From IMG/VR virus record IMGVR_UViG_3300034980_000806, positions 1 to 51,713 of that record: 51,713 nt of DNA. One strand, given 5' to 3'. Shown piece after piece: positions 1 to 9,641 of this stretch. A program made the translations under genes and the position numbers. The notes beneath the pieces were generated by a model. It had not been told where the DNA came from. It worked only from the letters and a program-made list of their open reading frames with translations, and ran no database searches. The DNA comes from a virus (lineage: Duplodnaviria; Caudoviricetes). Each line of letters starts with the position of its first letter. The first letter of the stretch is position 1.

Positions 1-291
1 TCAGCGGCACGACTTCACCGCCGCTTCCAGCTGCCGCTCGTATCCAATTCGCTGACGCCGCTCTGCCAGCAGCGCCCTTACCTTCACCTCCAGGCTGTCT
101 GACTTCCGCAGATCGGCGGCGGCCCATGGCGGCACGGCAACATCCGGCGTGCGTCGAGGAACCTGTACTGGCACCTCGACGCGCACGGTGCGCACCTCTG
201 GTTCGACGCGGGCTGCGCAGCCGGCCAGCAGCAGGACTACGACTGCCAAGGCAGAGCCAGTTTGCAATTTTGCGCAAGTTGGCAAGTTCAT
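1..291 (-). CDS. o-spanin (Rz1-like lipoprotein)
   Basis: Start MNLPTC at 291 overlaps i-spanin stop (ATGA); hydrophobic signal with lipobox LAGC; Pro-rich mature part. Confidence 0.8.
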   Translation of the reverse strand: MNLPTCAKLQTGSALAVVVLLLAGCAARVEPEVRTVRVEVPVQVPRRTPDVAVPPWAAADLRKSDSLEVKVRALLAERRQRIGYERQLEAAVKSCR

Positions 292-671
292 AGACCAAGC
301 TCCTTGTCGATGATCGAGGTGGCAGCTACGCATTGGTCGCCACCGGCGCGCTCCTGCTGTAGGCGATTCGCTGCCGCATAGTCGTTTTGGGCGCTGGCTT
401 GGGCAGCCTTCACCGCCTGCTCCGCCCTGGCTTGACGCTCGTTTGCGGCCAGGGTCAGGTCGCCCAAAGCCTTGCCCTGTTCCTGCGTCAAGCCTGCAAG
501 ATTGTCGCGAGCAGCTTTGCAGGTGGCAGCTTCCCCGGCCGAGGCGTCCAGCAGCGGGCGGTAATGCCGGGCCGCCTGCCACACGCCGGCGGCAGCGCCC
601 AGGCCGATTAGCAGTGCGCAGCCGGCCAGCACCGGCAACAACCGGCCGACACCGGCCGACACCGCAATCAT
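288..671 (-). CDS. i-spanin (Rz-like)
   Basis: N-terminal TM helix then Ala/Gln coiled coil with two Cys; lies between endolysin and lipoprotein. Confidence 0.8.
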   Translation of the reverse strand: MIAVSAGVGRLLPVLAGCALLIGLGAAAGVWQAARHYRPLLDASAGEAATCKAARDNLAGLTQEQGKALGDLTLAANERQARAEQAVKAAQASAQNDYAAANRLQQERAGGDQCVAATSIIDKELGL

Positions 672-1120
672 GCCAGCGCCCTCCGCACACCCTCGTCGAT
701 TATCGCCGCCGGGTAAGGGTTTCCGCCGTTCTCATGGATGATGATGCTGACCACCATCCCGCGCAGCGTGGCCGGGTCTTTGATGTTGATCGGGTCCGTT
801 GCGCGCACGCCAAGGCGCTTGGCCACGGCAGCGGCGTAGGCCTGGGTGTCGTTCTCGTTGCTGGGGGCCCAGCGGTTGATGGTCTCCAGCACCGTGTCGA
901 TACCCTTCCCGCCCACGCCGGGCATGCCGTCCTTGCCGCGGTAGTTGATCAGCAGCTTGCCGAGGGCACGAATGCCGTTTTCGGGATGGTCGAAGCGGGC
1001 GAAGCGCGGGCTGGTCACGCCAACCTCCAGGCCGAGCTGGCCCTGCCAGGCGTTGCGGGGATTGAAATCGATGTTTCCGGGGTTGCGGTTGCGAACGCCT
1101 CGGGGCGCGGATTCAGTCAT
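668..1120 (-). CDS. Putative endolysin (RNxNPGN lysozyme-like family)
   Basis: RGVRNRNPGNI, RWAPSNENDT and HENG motifs; directly upstream of spanins; GGAG RBS. Confidence 0.7.
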   Translation of the reverse strand: MTESAPRGVRNRNPGNIDFNPRNAWQGQLGLEVGVTSPRFARFDHPENGIRALGKLLINYRGKDGMPGVGGKGIDTVLETINRWAPSNENDTQAYAAAVAKRLGVRATDPINIKDPATLRGMVVSIIIHENGGNPYPAAIIDEGVRRALA

Positions 1121-1137
1121 GGGTTTTCTCCAGGCAT

Positions 1138-1166
1138 AAAAAAACCCGCAAGAAGCGGGTTTTTTT
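1138..1166. terminator. Bidirectional intrinsic terminator
   Basis: A7-CCCGC-aagaa-GCGGG-T7. Confidence 0.85.
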
Positions 1167-1193
1167 GATTTTTCAGTGAAGTATTGAAAACTT

Positions 1194-1976
1194 TTATTGA
1201 GGCGTTGCTGATTTTAGCTCAATCCTTTTCTGCCGGGCCACCTGCAAAATTTCTTTCTGGGTGATAATTCCTGGCGAATATTTCTCAAGCCCAACATCAA
1301 CAATCTCCTCGAGCCGACTCACAAAGGACTCCGGATTACTTGCATCTAGGCCTTTGAACTTATGAAAATGATAATCCCACCATGAGAGAGCTTGTATCCT
1401 AGACACCAACTCATCGGGAAACCTCATTTTTATAACTTTGGCAGGAACTCCTCCAACGATCTGGAATGGAAGAACGTCTTTGGTCACGACTGACCCGGTT
1501 GCAATTATGGCACCATCACCGATTTTCAAATTCCTTTTGAGAGTGACACCTGACCCTATCCAAACGTCATTGCCAATTTCAATGTTCCTAGAGCTTCTTA
1601 ACAGATCTGTGTGCTCAAAGTCATCCGAATGATATTCAGGCGTGTAAAACTTAGGCGAGGTTGAAATCCAATCTGGATAATGATCTGCGCCCATAATAGT
1701 CAGGCCAGAACCAATACTACAATAACGCCCGACTTTGACGCCATGCCCCAATTCACTGTGTGCGTAACTGAACGCCCCCATAGAGCATACCCTGTTTGTC
1801 TTGGAGAACCTGACATCAGTTTCAAGCGCGGTATTTAGATTGAAATGTATATTTCTATACTTCCCACCCTCAGCCTCCTTGATATGAATTTTTTTCTTTA
1901 AAAAAAAATCCCTGACAAGGGCATAGTCCAAGGTAAATACATCATCCGGATAAAAACTATCGTCCTTTCGTGCCAT
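1194..1976 (-). CDS. Hexapeptide-repeat O-acetyltransferase (CatB/Vat-related), AT-rich moron
   Basis: VGRYCSIG, IGNDVWIG, IGDGAIIATGSVVTKDV, GGVPAKVIK and WWD motifs; visibly low GC. Confidence 0.85.
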   Translation of the reverse strand: MARKDDSFYPDDVFTLDYALVRDFFLKKKIHIKEAEGGKYRNIHFNLNTALETDVRFSKTNRVCSMGAFSYAHSELGHGVKVGRYCSIGSGLTIMGADHYPDWISTSPKFYTPEYHSDDFEHTDLLRSSRNIEIGNDVWIGSGVTLKRNLKIGDGAIIATGSVVTKDVLPFQIVGGVPAKVIKMRFPDELVSRIQALSWWDYHFHKFKGLDASNPESFVSRLEEIVDVGLEKYSPGIITQKEILQVARQKRIELKSATPQ

Positions 1977-2027
1977 TGCTTACTCAACCTCTATCTTTGT
2001 TATTTTGCCAAAAAACAAAATTAACAA

Positions 2028-2056
2028 ATAATACCACACCCATCCGATCTTGTCAG
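2028..2056 (-). promoter_or_regulatory. Sigma70-type promoter of the acetyltransferase moron
   Basis: CTGACA-17 nt-TATTAT with TG extension. Confidence 0.55.
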
Positions 2057-2090
2057 CAATGCCAATCGCGCATCACAAACATTGTTGCTG

Positions 2091-5042
2091 TTACTCCCCA
2101 GAAATAGAATCAACCTTCTTACAAAGGTCTGCAATCATAGCAATGATATTAGCCCGATCAGCTACAAGGGCAGCAATGATGAACGCTTTTAGTTCGTTCA
2201 TCCTAAAGCTGTACAAGTCCCCGGCTTTCTTGATCAAAACTTTTTGAGCTGGGCTAACCTCGACCTGCTCGCCGTGAGCATCATCGATAACGACTGCAGG
2301 CCTATCTTCCCATTCATCACCCCATGAATCGTAACAAATAAAGCTGTATTTCATAGGATCAAGATCATAATAGCGCATGATCTCGATCGCACGCTGCACA
2401 GTCATGCCGCTGTGTAATCTTGCATTGTCGCCTTCGGATTCAACACGCTCTAACCATTGCCATATTCCAAACTCATTAGCCAAGTCAATTCCTGCAGAGA
2501 CTTCGGCGCGAGATAGTTTTCTGACCGGCGTTTTAAGGCGTCCATCCGAGCTAGAAATAGCTGTATTAGCAGCATAAAATGTTGTAAACCTACGATCCGG
2601 TTTGCCTACCGATCGAATATTGTCTTCATCAGGCCTTATATTTCCGGCAAAGTCAATTAGCGACGTTTCGCTATCAAATCTCCCCATTACAACTGTTGAG
2701 TCATCGTTATACAGTCTTACTACTTGACCGCTAACTGACGCATCATTTGAACCGGACCTGAATCGAGACTTACCTGACCTTGCAGAAACAACATAGTTAT
2801 CTGACTGATGCGTCCATGTGTCAGTTGATGGGTTGAACCTTGAAACGGTAGCGCCCGAGGTATCAAGAAGCCGATATTCACCTGAAGGTGTCCGATAGAG
2901 CACAGGAACTCCTGCTGCATCGGTGAATCCAACCCTTTGTCCGGCTCCAGGGCGAATGTCTACGTGACCGCTAACGCCATACGACCAGCCGTCCCATATG
3001 ACTTGATTTGGGCTGAACATGCCAGGGTCCCCTGGCGTAGTGAATCGGCCGTCTGTAGTAGGGTACGCTGGACGGTTGTCGAGCCCTGAAGTGCCACGAA
3101 CTTTCTGTCCAAGTCTAAGCTGGTAGGTGTTAGTGCCGGCAACGTTGCGTATGCCAGTACCGCGACCTTCGACGTCTTTGCTCTCGAATGAACCGTTGTA
3201 CTCCAATTGCAGGACGTTACCCAAATATAGGGCGATGTCATCACAGCTCATGATCTTGCAAGAATCGTTAAACTTCAGGCCACGGATATTTGCCCCGCTG
3301 ATCTCAATGCAGCGCGACGGCGTGGAATAGCGATGCGCACCGAATGCAGCCGAGGTCGCACGGTACTTCCGGTGGTTCATGCCATAGAAGTAGCAGTTAT
3401 CCCAGTTTGCATCCGCCACGCCATTTGTGCGTTCACCCAAGATTACCTTGTTGGCGGTATTGGTTGGATCGATCGAGGCAGGTGATGGGGTGACACCGGT
3501 GATGCGCAGATTAGCGCCAACTTTCTGCGTGCCCGTGTAAGTACAGAACAGACCACCGTACTCTTGAGTGCGGAAAGTGTTGTCAAATGACGGGTCGAAC
3601 GGGTGTGAGTCGAACCATTCAATTTCGATCCAGTCTGCGCCGACCGCCTTAATGTCGTAGAGGTCCGAGCCGCGCACCAAGAACGATGCGAACCCTTGGA
3701 AGTTACAGTGCGAGAACTTGTTGCGCTCCCAGTCCGGTGACCGCATGTCCCCACCTGTTAGAGCAGTGCGACCGAAACACCCAGCCATGCGCCAGAAGCC
3801 AACCACGGAAACGTTGACTGCCGTGAAATCGTGGTGGTTGTCGACCCACAGACCGATATCCCAGTCATCAGCCCAAGTCGCCGCATCTGTGTTGTAACCG
3901 TCAATACCGTCGTAGTAGGGCAACAAGCCGACATCGCGCAGCTGAGCGAAACCGCCTTGCTCTACTTTCCAGCCGCACGAGAATAGCTTCTGCGTGGCAG
4001 GTGCACCGGTCACAGGGTTCGCATCGTTGTTCCAGAACGAAGTTTTGCGGTACGTGCTGTCATACCCTGGCTCAAACGTCGACACGTTGGTGCGTTGGTC
4101 ACCATCGGTCGCACCCGCGCAGGCGGCTAGATTGGCAACATGAACGCGAGGCCCAGTGCCCTTGAATAGATAGTTGGTGCCTATAAGGCGGAACTCGCGA
4201 ATGGGGTCCTGCGGAGTTGAAGGGTTCTTCAGCGGCCCCTCGCCCACGTACTTCACGCCCTGCGGCTGCACTACGGTAGTGGTCGAGATATAGGTACCTG
4301 CAGGCCCAAACACATACCGGCCTCCCGCCCTAGCATGCTCGAAAGCGCATTGCGTGGCTGCCCAGTCCACCTCCTCGGTTAGCGACGTGATGGTGATATT
4401 TGAGTAGTGCAACTGTGCTGCGGCGAGCGTTGAGTAATAATCACCGAGCTGGTGGCTGTTACCATCCCCGATAGCACCATAGTTTTTGATGTTGAGCACT
4501 TCAAGCGACATTACTGCAACATTACGGGCGACGGCACCCGCCAGCGCGGACTTGGCGAAGACCAGTGAAGCCCCCAAAGCGGGGTCAATCGTGCTACCAA
4601 GGTCAGAGCGCAGAATGTCGTCACCCAACGGAGTGAACTTCGCAGAATCTGTCGCCCACACGCCGGTAGTCGTGAATGGCCTAGCAACGCCAGGAGCCGG
4701 GCGCCAGTACACCCCGGACTCAAGAGTGAACTGGTTCGGCTCGGTGAAGGTCAGTCCGGCCGCGAATGGCCCCATATACTGGTAGCCGGTGGATAGCATG
4801 AGCGCATTGAAGCGTTCAGTGCGGTCGCCCTGAGCAGCAAGAAAGCGAATATTGCGCTCAATCTGAGCGGCATCAAATGCCTGCTCCATGCCTGCGATCG
4901 ACTTACGGGTTCGACCTTTCCGGTCAATCCAAATCGGGGCGTCACCGTTTGCAGCCAAGTCGATGTTGCCGGAGTTATCGAACAGGTCGAAAGGACTGCT
5001 GGAGCCATCGGGCTCAACTGGGTTTCCGGTGTTGTAGCGCAT
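2091..5042 (-). CDS. Tailspike/tail fibre with pectate-lyase-like beta-helix and C-terminal S74-type autocleaving chaperone
   Basis: Likely start MRYNTGNP (GGAG RBS); NIKNYGAIGDG beta-helix entry motif; SSDGRLK cleavage motif then coiled-coil end. Confidence 0.85.
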   Translation of the reverse strand: MRYNTGNPVEPDGSSSPFDLFDNSGNIDLAANGDAPIWIDRKGRTRKSIAGMEQAFDAAQIERNIRFLAAQGDRTERFNALMLSTGYQYMGPFAAGLTFTEPNQFTLESGVYWRPAPGVARPFTTTGVWATDSAKFTPLGDDILRSDLGSTIDPALGASLVFAKSALAGAVARNVAVMSLEVLNIKNYGAIGDGNSHQLGDYYSTLAAAQLHYSNITITSLTEEVDWAATQCAFEHARAGGRYVFGPAGTYISTTTVVQPQGVKYVGEGPLKNPSTPQDPIREFRLIGTNYLFKGTGPRVHVANLAACAGATDGDQRTNVSTFEPGYDSTYRKTSFWNNDANPVTGAPATQKLFSCGWKVEQGGFAQLRDVGLLPYYDGIDGYNTDAATWADDWDIGLWVDNHHDFTAVNVSVVGFWRMAGCFGRTALTGGDMRSPDWERNKFSHCNFQGFASFLVRGSDLYDIKAVGADWIEIEWFDSHPFDPSFDNTFRTQEYGGLFCTYTGTQKVGANLRITGVTPSPASIDPTNTANKVILGERTNGVADANWDNCYFYGMNHRKYRATSAAFGAHRYSTPSRCIEISGANIRGLKFNDSCKIMSCDDIALYLGNVLQLEYNGSFESKDVEGRGTGIRNVAGTNTYQLRLGQKVRGTSGLDNRPAYPTTDGRFTTPGDPGMFSPNQVIWDGWSYGVSGHVDIRPGAGQRVGFTDAAGVPVLYRTPSGEYRLLDTSGATVSRFNPSTDTWTHQSDNYVVSARSGKSRFRSGSNDASVSGQVVRLYNDDSTVVMGRFDSETSLIDFAGNIRPDEDNIRSVGKPDRRFTTFYAANTAISSSDGRLKTPVRKLSRAEVSAGIDLANEFGIWQWLERVESEGDNARLHSGMTVQRAIEIMRYYDLDPMKYSFICYDSWGDEWEDRPAVVIDDAHGEQVEVSPAQKVLIKKAGDLYSFRMNELKAFIIAALVADRANIIAMIADLCKKVDSISGE

Positions 5043-5047
5043 AATTT

Positions 5048-5080
5048 CTCCGGGCACAAAAAAGCCCGCACTAGGCGGGC
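5048..5080 (-). terminator. Intrinsic terminator fused to tailspike RBS
   Basis: GCCCGC-ctagt-GCGGGC-T6-GTGCCCGGAG. Confidence 0.75.
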
Positions 5081-5098
5081 ATGCTCGATAAGGTCCGG

Positions 5099-8000
5099 TC
5101 AGGCCGGTGGAAATTGGTCGTCGTAGGTGTAAACGCGGGCGTCGTAGGGCATGCCCTTCATTGCCGTGTTGCCGTTGACTGGGTCGGAACTGGTGATCAG
5201 AACCGGATAGGCCCAGCGCGAGGCCGGGCCGAACAGGATGTGCGGCGGCTCCAGCGGGCCGTCCACTTCTGGCGTGAAGTCGAGCACGTCGACCTGCACC
5301 GTGTACTGATCCACCTGCGTTGCCGTCCAAGGCCCAGACAGCGTGCCGTCCAGCTTGCGAACGCCGATCAGGTGCTCGCCGCCGGCGCTGAAGTCCAGCG
5401 GCTCCGATGAGCTCAGCAACGTGCCCGAACCGGTCACCTCGAAGTCCAGCAGGATCGCGCTCTGGCAACGCTTTGGCGCGTCATCCGCAACGGCTGCGAA
5501 GCTCAAGTAGCCGCTGTTGCTGCCGTCCATTTCGGTTTCCCAGGTGTAGATGTCGGTCCTGAACTTCTGGTGGCCACGCCGGCGCATGCCGATACGGTAG
5601 GCCCTGGTCCTGTCGCTGATGCCAGGCATCTTGATCTTCTCGACCTTGGTGCCGAGGTCACCCGGCCACCGGCACTCGACCGTCTCCCACGCCCAGGTGG
5701 TGCGCGAGAAGAACTCCACATCCACGCCGTCGAAGTCGTTGATCGACGGCATGGCGCCGCTGATCTTCAGCATCTTGGTCATGTTCTGCGGCGAGTAGGT
5801 CTGGGTCTTCGGGCCGTAGGTCACATCGAACGCGGCCCGGGCGCTATCCCGAACCGGGCGCAGCAGGCCCCGGAAGGTCACCAGTTCGCCGAAGCTGCAC
5901 GCCAAGGCATTGTTGATCATGTCCTTGACCGTTATCGTCGATTCCAGCGTTTCGTCGTAGGTGTCTCCGCGGGCAACGCAGATGTTGTGGAAGGCCTGCC
6001 ACTCGGGCAGATCCAGGTCATCATCAGCGTACCCGCGCTGCTTCAGCTGGTAGATGCACCAAGGAACGATGTCGCGGCTTGGCCCGGTACCACCCTCCAT
6101 CAGCGGGAGAATGCGAGTCGCCTCAACGCTGACCTGGCTCTCAGACTGCGCAGACAGACGGTCACCGCCGCGGATGTTGCAGGTGATGACCGTCAAGCCT
6201 GGATAGCTGGTGGGCGAGTTCTGCATCCGCCCGCGCAGGTCCGTCCATGTTGCGTCATCACGCGCTTCATCGTTGATACGGCCGGGACGATCCACGTACT
6301 GCTTGCGGATACGGGCCTCGGCGCGCATTGCGTATGGCAGCGATACGCGCTCAGTGAAGCCCTGGGCATCAAGCGACCCACCCACGTTCATGTACTGGAG
6401 CTGGGTCCAGGCTCCGGACACGTCCATGTCGCGATACTCGAACACGTAGTAGGTCGGAATCTCGTAGATCTGCCCCTCGCGTCCTATGCCGCACAGGCCA
6501 TTGGCGTAGGTTACGGTCCACTCCAGTTCGATGACCTTCTCGTTGTCCGGGCAGCAGGAGAACGGCCCTCGGTAACCGCCTTGCAGATTCGAGGCGTCCA
6601 GCGTTATGAGGCCGTTCACCGTCTGCATGGAATTGAAGCCAGGCCAGTCCTCATCGGCCGATCCAGACGAGGTCAGTCGCTCCACCTCAATCAGGCTCGT
6701 GCTGAAGGCCGTGATCCGGTAGCGGAGGCCGCGCGGGCCGATAGTTGCCAGACCTTGGCCCAACGCAAGGCCGACCACCGGCTCGCCACCGTCGTAGTTC
6801 AGCGTCATCTCAGCCGGATGCGCAGGCGTGCCGCCGGTAGTGGCTGTGCCTGTGACACCTACTGGCGCAGAGCCCAACACTACCGAAGCGCCGGACGCCG
6901 TGATGGGCATGCCGAAGAACGGAGTCAGTTCTACGAAGCGAATCACGCCTGAGGACTGCTCGGCCTTGATCGGCACGCCAGTCAGTTGCACATTCAGAGC
7001 CGAGACCAGACCGGCAATGTCTGTTGTCGCGGAGTTCAGGGCTACTGGGTATGCCGTTCCTGCGTGCGAAATTGTGAAGCCGAGCGGCGTCACGTCAAAA
7101 TCGTACCGGCTTGGCGCTGCGGACCCTGTCAGCGTAGAAGCTGACCCTGGATCAGCCGGAACTGCTGGCACTGCTGGCGTGAAGCTGTGCACCACGTACA
7201 TCCCGGCATTTGCTCCAGCCACTTCGATCAGCATACCCGAGCTTGGATTCAGCATTTCCAGCGGACCGCGGATGATGTCACGGTCAGCGCCTCCGTCGAC
7301 TACCTCATAGCTGTACGGAGCCAAAGCCCGAATAATGATCCCGCTGGACCAGTCCTCCGGGAATTGGCCGGCACCGGCAGGAGCGCTGATCGTATCGCCG
7401 ACGAACTGATACGCGGAAGCCGTGGCCGACCTGGTGAGGTCGGTGGCCATGGTCAGTTCCAGGCCGGCCGAGCCGCTGGAGCTTGCCCCTACCTCAGGAA
7501 CGTTGAACCAGTTGATGTGGGCCGGGTCGCCCGACAGATCAGCGCCTGGCGGGTAAATCGTGAACGTTGCATCGGATCCGAGGGAGATCAGCGGGGTTTC
7601 GCCAACCTTGACCTTGGCCAGCGGTACGTCGTACTCGCCTTCGCCGATGTACAGCAGCATTTCCACGCGCTGGTCACGCGGGGCGACATGCGCCCGGCGG
7701 GGCTGGGTCAGATACGACGGATAAACCCGCTGATGGCCGGCGATCTGGCGCACTGGCTCTCCCAGCTTGACCTTGTTGCCCTTGGCGCTGGCCTCGGTCA
7801 GAGGGTCACCCTGCTGGGTGCCGGCGCTGGATGGCATGCCGGGCATCTTGGGCATAATCGACTTCAGCACCGCCTTGGCGCCTTTGAACAGCGCGAAGGT
7901 GATGGAAAATGGGTCGGTGCCTTTCGGCTCGCGGTAGATCTGCAGAAGGTCGGCAGGCTTGAACTTCACCTTGTGCCACAGGTGCTGCTCGATCAGCTCA

Positions 8001-8155
8001 TCATTGAGGGCAATGCTGATTGGCGGACTTTCCCGGCGCTCATAGGACGGGGCCAGGGACTTCAGCCACTCCTCGATCGACATGCGGCGGTCGGTCTTCC
8101 AGGTGCCGAGAGGCGCCGTATCAGACAGCTTGTTCGGATAGAACTCGACGGTCAC
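5099..8155 (-). CDS. Tail tip / host-specificity protein (lambda J-like)
   Basis: 1018 aa, follows NlpC/P60 gene; position and Gly/Thr-rich beta character. Confidence 0.8.
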   Translation of the reverse strand: MTVEFYPNKLSDTAPLGTWKTDRRMSIEEWLKSLAPSYERRESPPISIALNDELIEQHLWHKVKFKPADLLQIYREPKGTDPFSITFALFKGAKAVLKSIMPKMPGMPSSAGTQQGDPLTEASAKGNKVKLGEPVRQIAGHQRVYPSYLTQPRRAHVAPRDQRVEMLLYIGEGEYDVPLAKVKVGETPLISLGSDATFTIYPPGADLSGDPAHINWFNVPEVGASSSGSAGLELTMATDLTRSATASAYQFVGDTISAPAGAGQFPEDWSSGIIIRALAPYSYEVVDGGADRDIIRGPLEMLNPSSGMLIEVAGANAGMYVVHSFTPAVPAVPADPGSASTLTGSAAPSRYDFDVTPLGFTISHAGTAYPVALNSATTDIAGLVSALNVQLTGVPIKAEQSSGVIRFVELTPFFGMPITASGASVVLGSAPVGVTGTATTGGTPAHPAEMTLNYDGGEPVVGLALGQGLATIGPRGLRYRITAFSTSLIEVERLTSSGSADEDWPGFNSMQTVNGLITLDASNLQGGYRGPFSCCPDNEKVIELEWTVTYANGLCGIGREGQIYEIPTYYVFEYRDMDVSGAWTQLQYMNVGGSLDAQGFTERVSLPYAMRAEARIRKQYVDRPGRINDEARDDATWTDLRGRMQNSPTSYPGLTVITCNIRGGDRLSAQSESQVSVEATRILPLMEGGTGPSRDIVPWCIYQLKQRGYADDDLDLPEWQAFHNICVARGDTYDETLESTITVKDMINNALACSFGELVTFRGLLRPVRDSARAAFDVTYGPKTQTYSPQNMTKMLKISGAMPSINDFDGVDVEFFSRTTWAWETVECRWPGDLGTKVEKIKMPGISDRTRAYRIGMRRRGHQKFRTDIYTWETEMDGSNSGYLSFAAVADDAPKRCQSAILLDFEVTGSGTLLSSSEPLDFSAGGEHLIGVRKLDGTLSGPWTATQVDQYTVQVDVLDFTPEVDGPLEPPHILFGPASRWAYPVLITSSDPVNGNTAMKGMPYDARVYTYDDQFPPA

Positions 8156-8528
8156 GGTAGTACACCACCTTAGGATGAGCGGCTTCGAATTCGCCAGTTG
8201 TCCGGAGGCAGGCGCCGCCGGGGTTTGTGTCCAGCACCTTCAGCCGACCCTCGCTCAGGAGGACCGTGCCGACGTGAAGTAGCGCTTCTCCGCGCAGAAC
8301 CGCCGCAATTGCGCCTGGCTCTGGTCTGCACTCTTCCATGGCCTTGCGCAGCGCTCGGTAGGCCTTCGTGTTCGCGCGGATCTTGTCCTTGCCCACGCCC
8401 CCAAGGGATGGCAGCAGATCCAGCCCGAAGAACTCGTGACGGATCGCCCGACACAAACCCCAGCAATCGAAGGCAATAGGCCCCCGTGCACCCTCGCGAT
8501 ACGGGGCGCGCATGAATTTCTCGATCAT
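8121..8528 (-). CDS. NlpC/P60 tail assembly protein (lambda K-like)
   Basis: FDCWGL and HVG catalytic motifs. Confidence 0.8.
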   Translation of the reverse strand: MIEKFMRAPYREGARGPIAFDCWGLCRAIRHEFFGLDLLPSLGGVGKDKIRANTKAYRALRKAMEECRPEPGAIAAVLRGEALLHVGTVLLSEGRLKVLDTNPGGACLRTTGEFEAAHPKVVYYRDRRVLSEQAV

Positions 8529-8530
8529 GG

Positions 8531-9010
8531 TCAGATGTACTTCAGGCCAGGTGCCAAGGTGGTGGTCAGCACGGTGCGCAGACCGTTGGTGTTGAGCAGG
8601 TCGAAGAAGCCGGCGGTGAGTTTGGCCACGTCGTCTTCATATTCACGACTGAGCAGCGTCATGCGGTACCGCTCCTGCGGGAACGACAGGTCTTCGGCCA
8701 GGTAGCGGCGGAAAGTGATGATGAAGCGCTTGTCGGCAGCCTTCGCTGTCTCAACCACCTCCTGCACCTCACCCGTGACGTTGTCCAGGCCAAGCACCAA
8801 GTTCTGGAACGCGCTGTTGTCGTTCTTCGGCAGGGCCAGGTCCATGGCCATCGCGATGAAGGTGAGCGTGCGGCCGTCCTCGGTGGTGCACACCCGGTCT
8901 TCCCAGCCAGAGCAGTAGAGATAAGAGACGGAGCCGCCCTCCTCCCGCGCCTCAATGGTGTCGACCAACTCGCCTCTGCCCGAGGCGTAACACTCCTCGA
9001 TCAGGCTCAT
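8531..9010 (-). CDS. Minor tail protein (DUF1833/L-like)
   Basis: Position; LPK..NS..QNL.L.LDNV motif. Confidence 0.65.
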   Translation of the reverse strand: MSLIEECYASGRGELVDTIEAREEGGSVSYLYCSGWEDRVCTTEDGRTLTFIAMAMDLALPKNDNSAFQNLVLGLDNVTGEVQEVVETAKAADKRFIITFRRYLAEDLSFPQERYRMTLLSREYEDDVAKLTAGFFDLLNTNGLRTVLTTTLAPGLKYI

Positions 9011-9459
9011 GCTTCAGGCCACTCCCTGTTCATAGCGAGGTCGATCACGTTCTTGTTCAGCCAGTACTGAGGGAACTGCTCCCATCCTTCGGGAATGAGC
9101 TGCCGCTGCTTGAGCTCCGCACTGATGGAGTATCTCCAGCGCGAGACCTGAGTGAGCTCTGTTCGCCCATACATCCCTACGAAATGAACCTGGTACTTGG
9201 CGAATCCAGCAGGAAGCTGGAGAGGCATTTCGAACCACTCCAGACCGTCATTCAGCGTCCTTGCATACCAGGCTTCAAAGAAGCCCGCCTCATCCTCATC
9301 GAAGACAAAGTTGAATGTCAGGGTCGAAGGAACGTAACTGTGCACCTTTCGGTATCGGCGCCGCCCGGTGACCATTCGCGTTGAGCGCATTGGGTCAACC
9401 GTGTCGTAGCCATACCCATCCTGCAGCGGAAGTGGCAATTCTGCCGGGTATTGAATCAT
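9007..9459 (-). CDS. Distal/minor tail protein (M-like)
   Basis: Position after tape measure; FEAWY...L.DG..WFEMPL pattern. Confidence 0.65.
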   Translation of the reverse strand: MIQYPAELPLPLQDGYGYDTVDPMRSTRMVTGRRRYRKVHSYVPSTLTFNFVFDEDEAGFFEAWYARTLNDGLEWFEMPLQLPAGFAKYQVHFVGMYGRTELTQVSRWRYSISAELKQRQLIPEGWEQFPQYWLNKNVIDLAMNREWPEA

Positions 9460-9486
9460 TGCCGTTCCTCAGCTGAGGTTTGCGTT

Positions 9487-9630
9487 TTAGGTGAGAGGGC
9501 TGAGGCCCAGCGCGTCCTCTAGACGGGCTAGCCGCCGCTGCAGCAGAAGCTCTTTCTCGTCCGGCGGGACAACAGGATCGGGCACAGGCGCGCCCGGCCC
9601 GTCATCAGCCTCTTCGGTTTCGGTGGTCAT
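9487..9630 (-). CDS. Small hypothetical protein (47 aa, MTTETEEADD...)
   Basis: Open frame with AAGGGA RBS just after tape measure stop; below ORF-track cutoff. Confidence 0.5.
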   Translation of the reverse strand: MTTETEEADDGPGAPVPDPVVPPDEKELLLQRRLARLEDALGLSPLT

Positions 9631-9641
9631 GAGATTTCCCT

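Noticed and set aside
1-690. 229-aa ORF as one protein
   Set aside because: Only 1-291 has lipoprotein features; the rest is an alternate frame of the i-spanin
1194-1976. catB/vat antibiotic resistance gene
   Set aside because: Only generic hexapeptide motifs; long extensions and tailspike context favour polysaccharide acetylation
5043-5468. N-terminal extension of tailspike in ORF track
   Set aside because: Overlaps the J-like gene and crosses a terminator; RBS supports start at 5042
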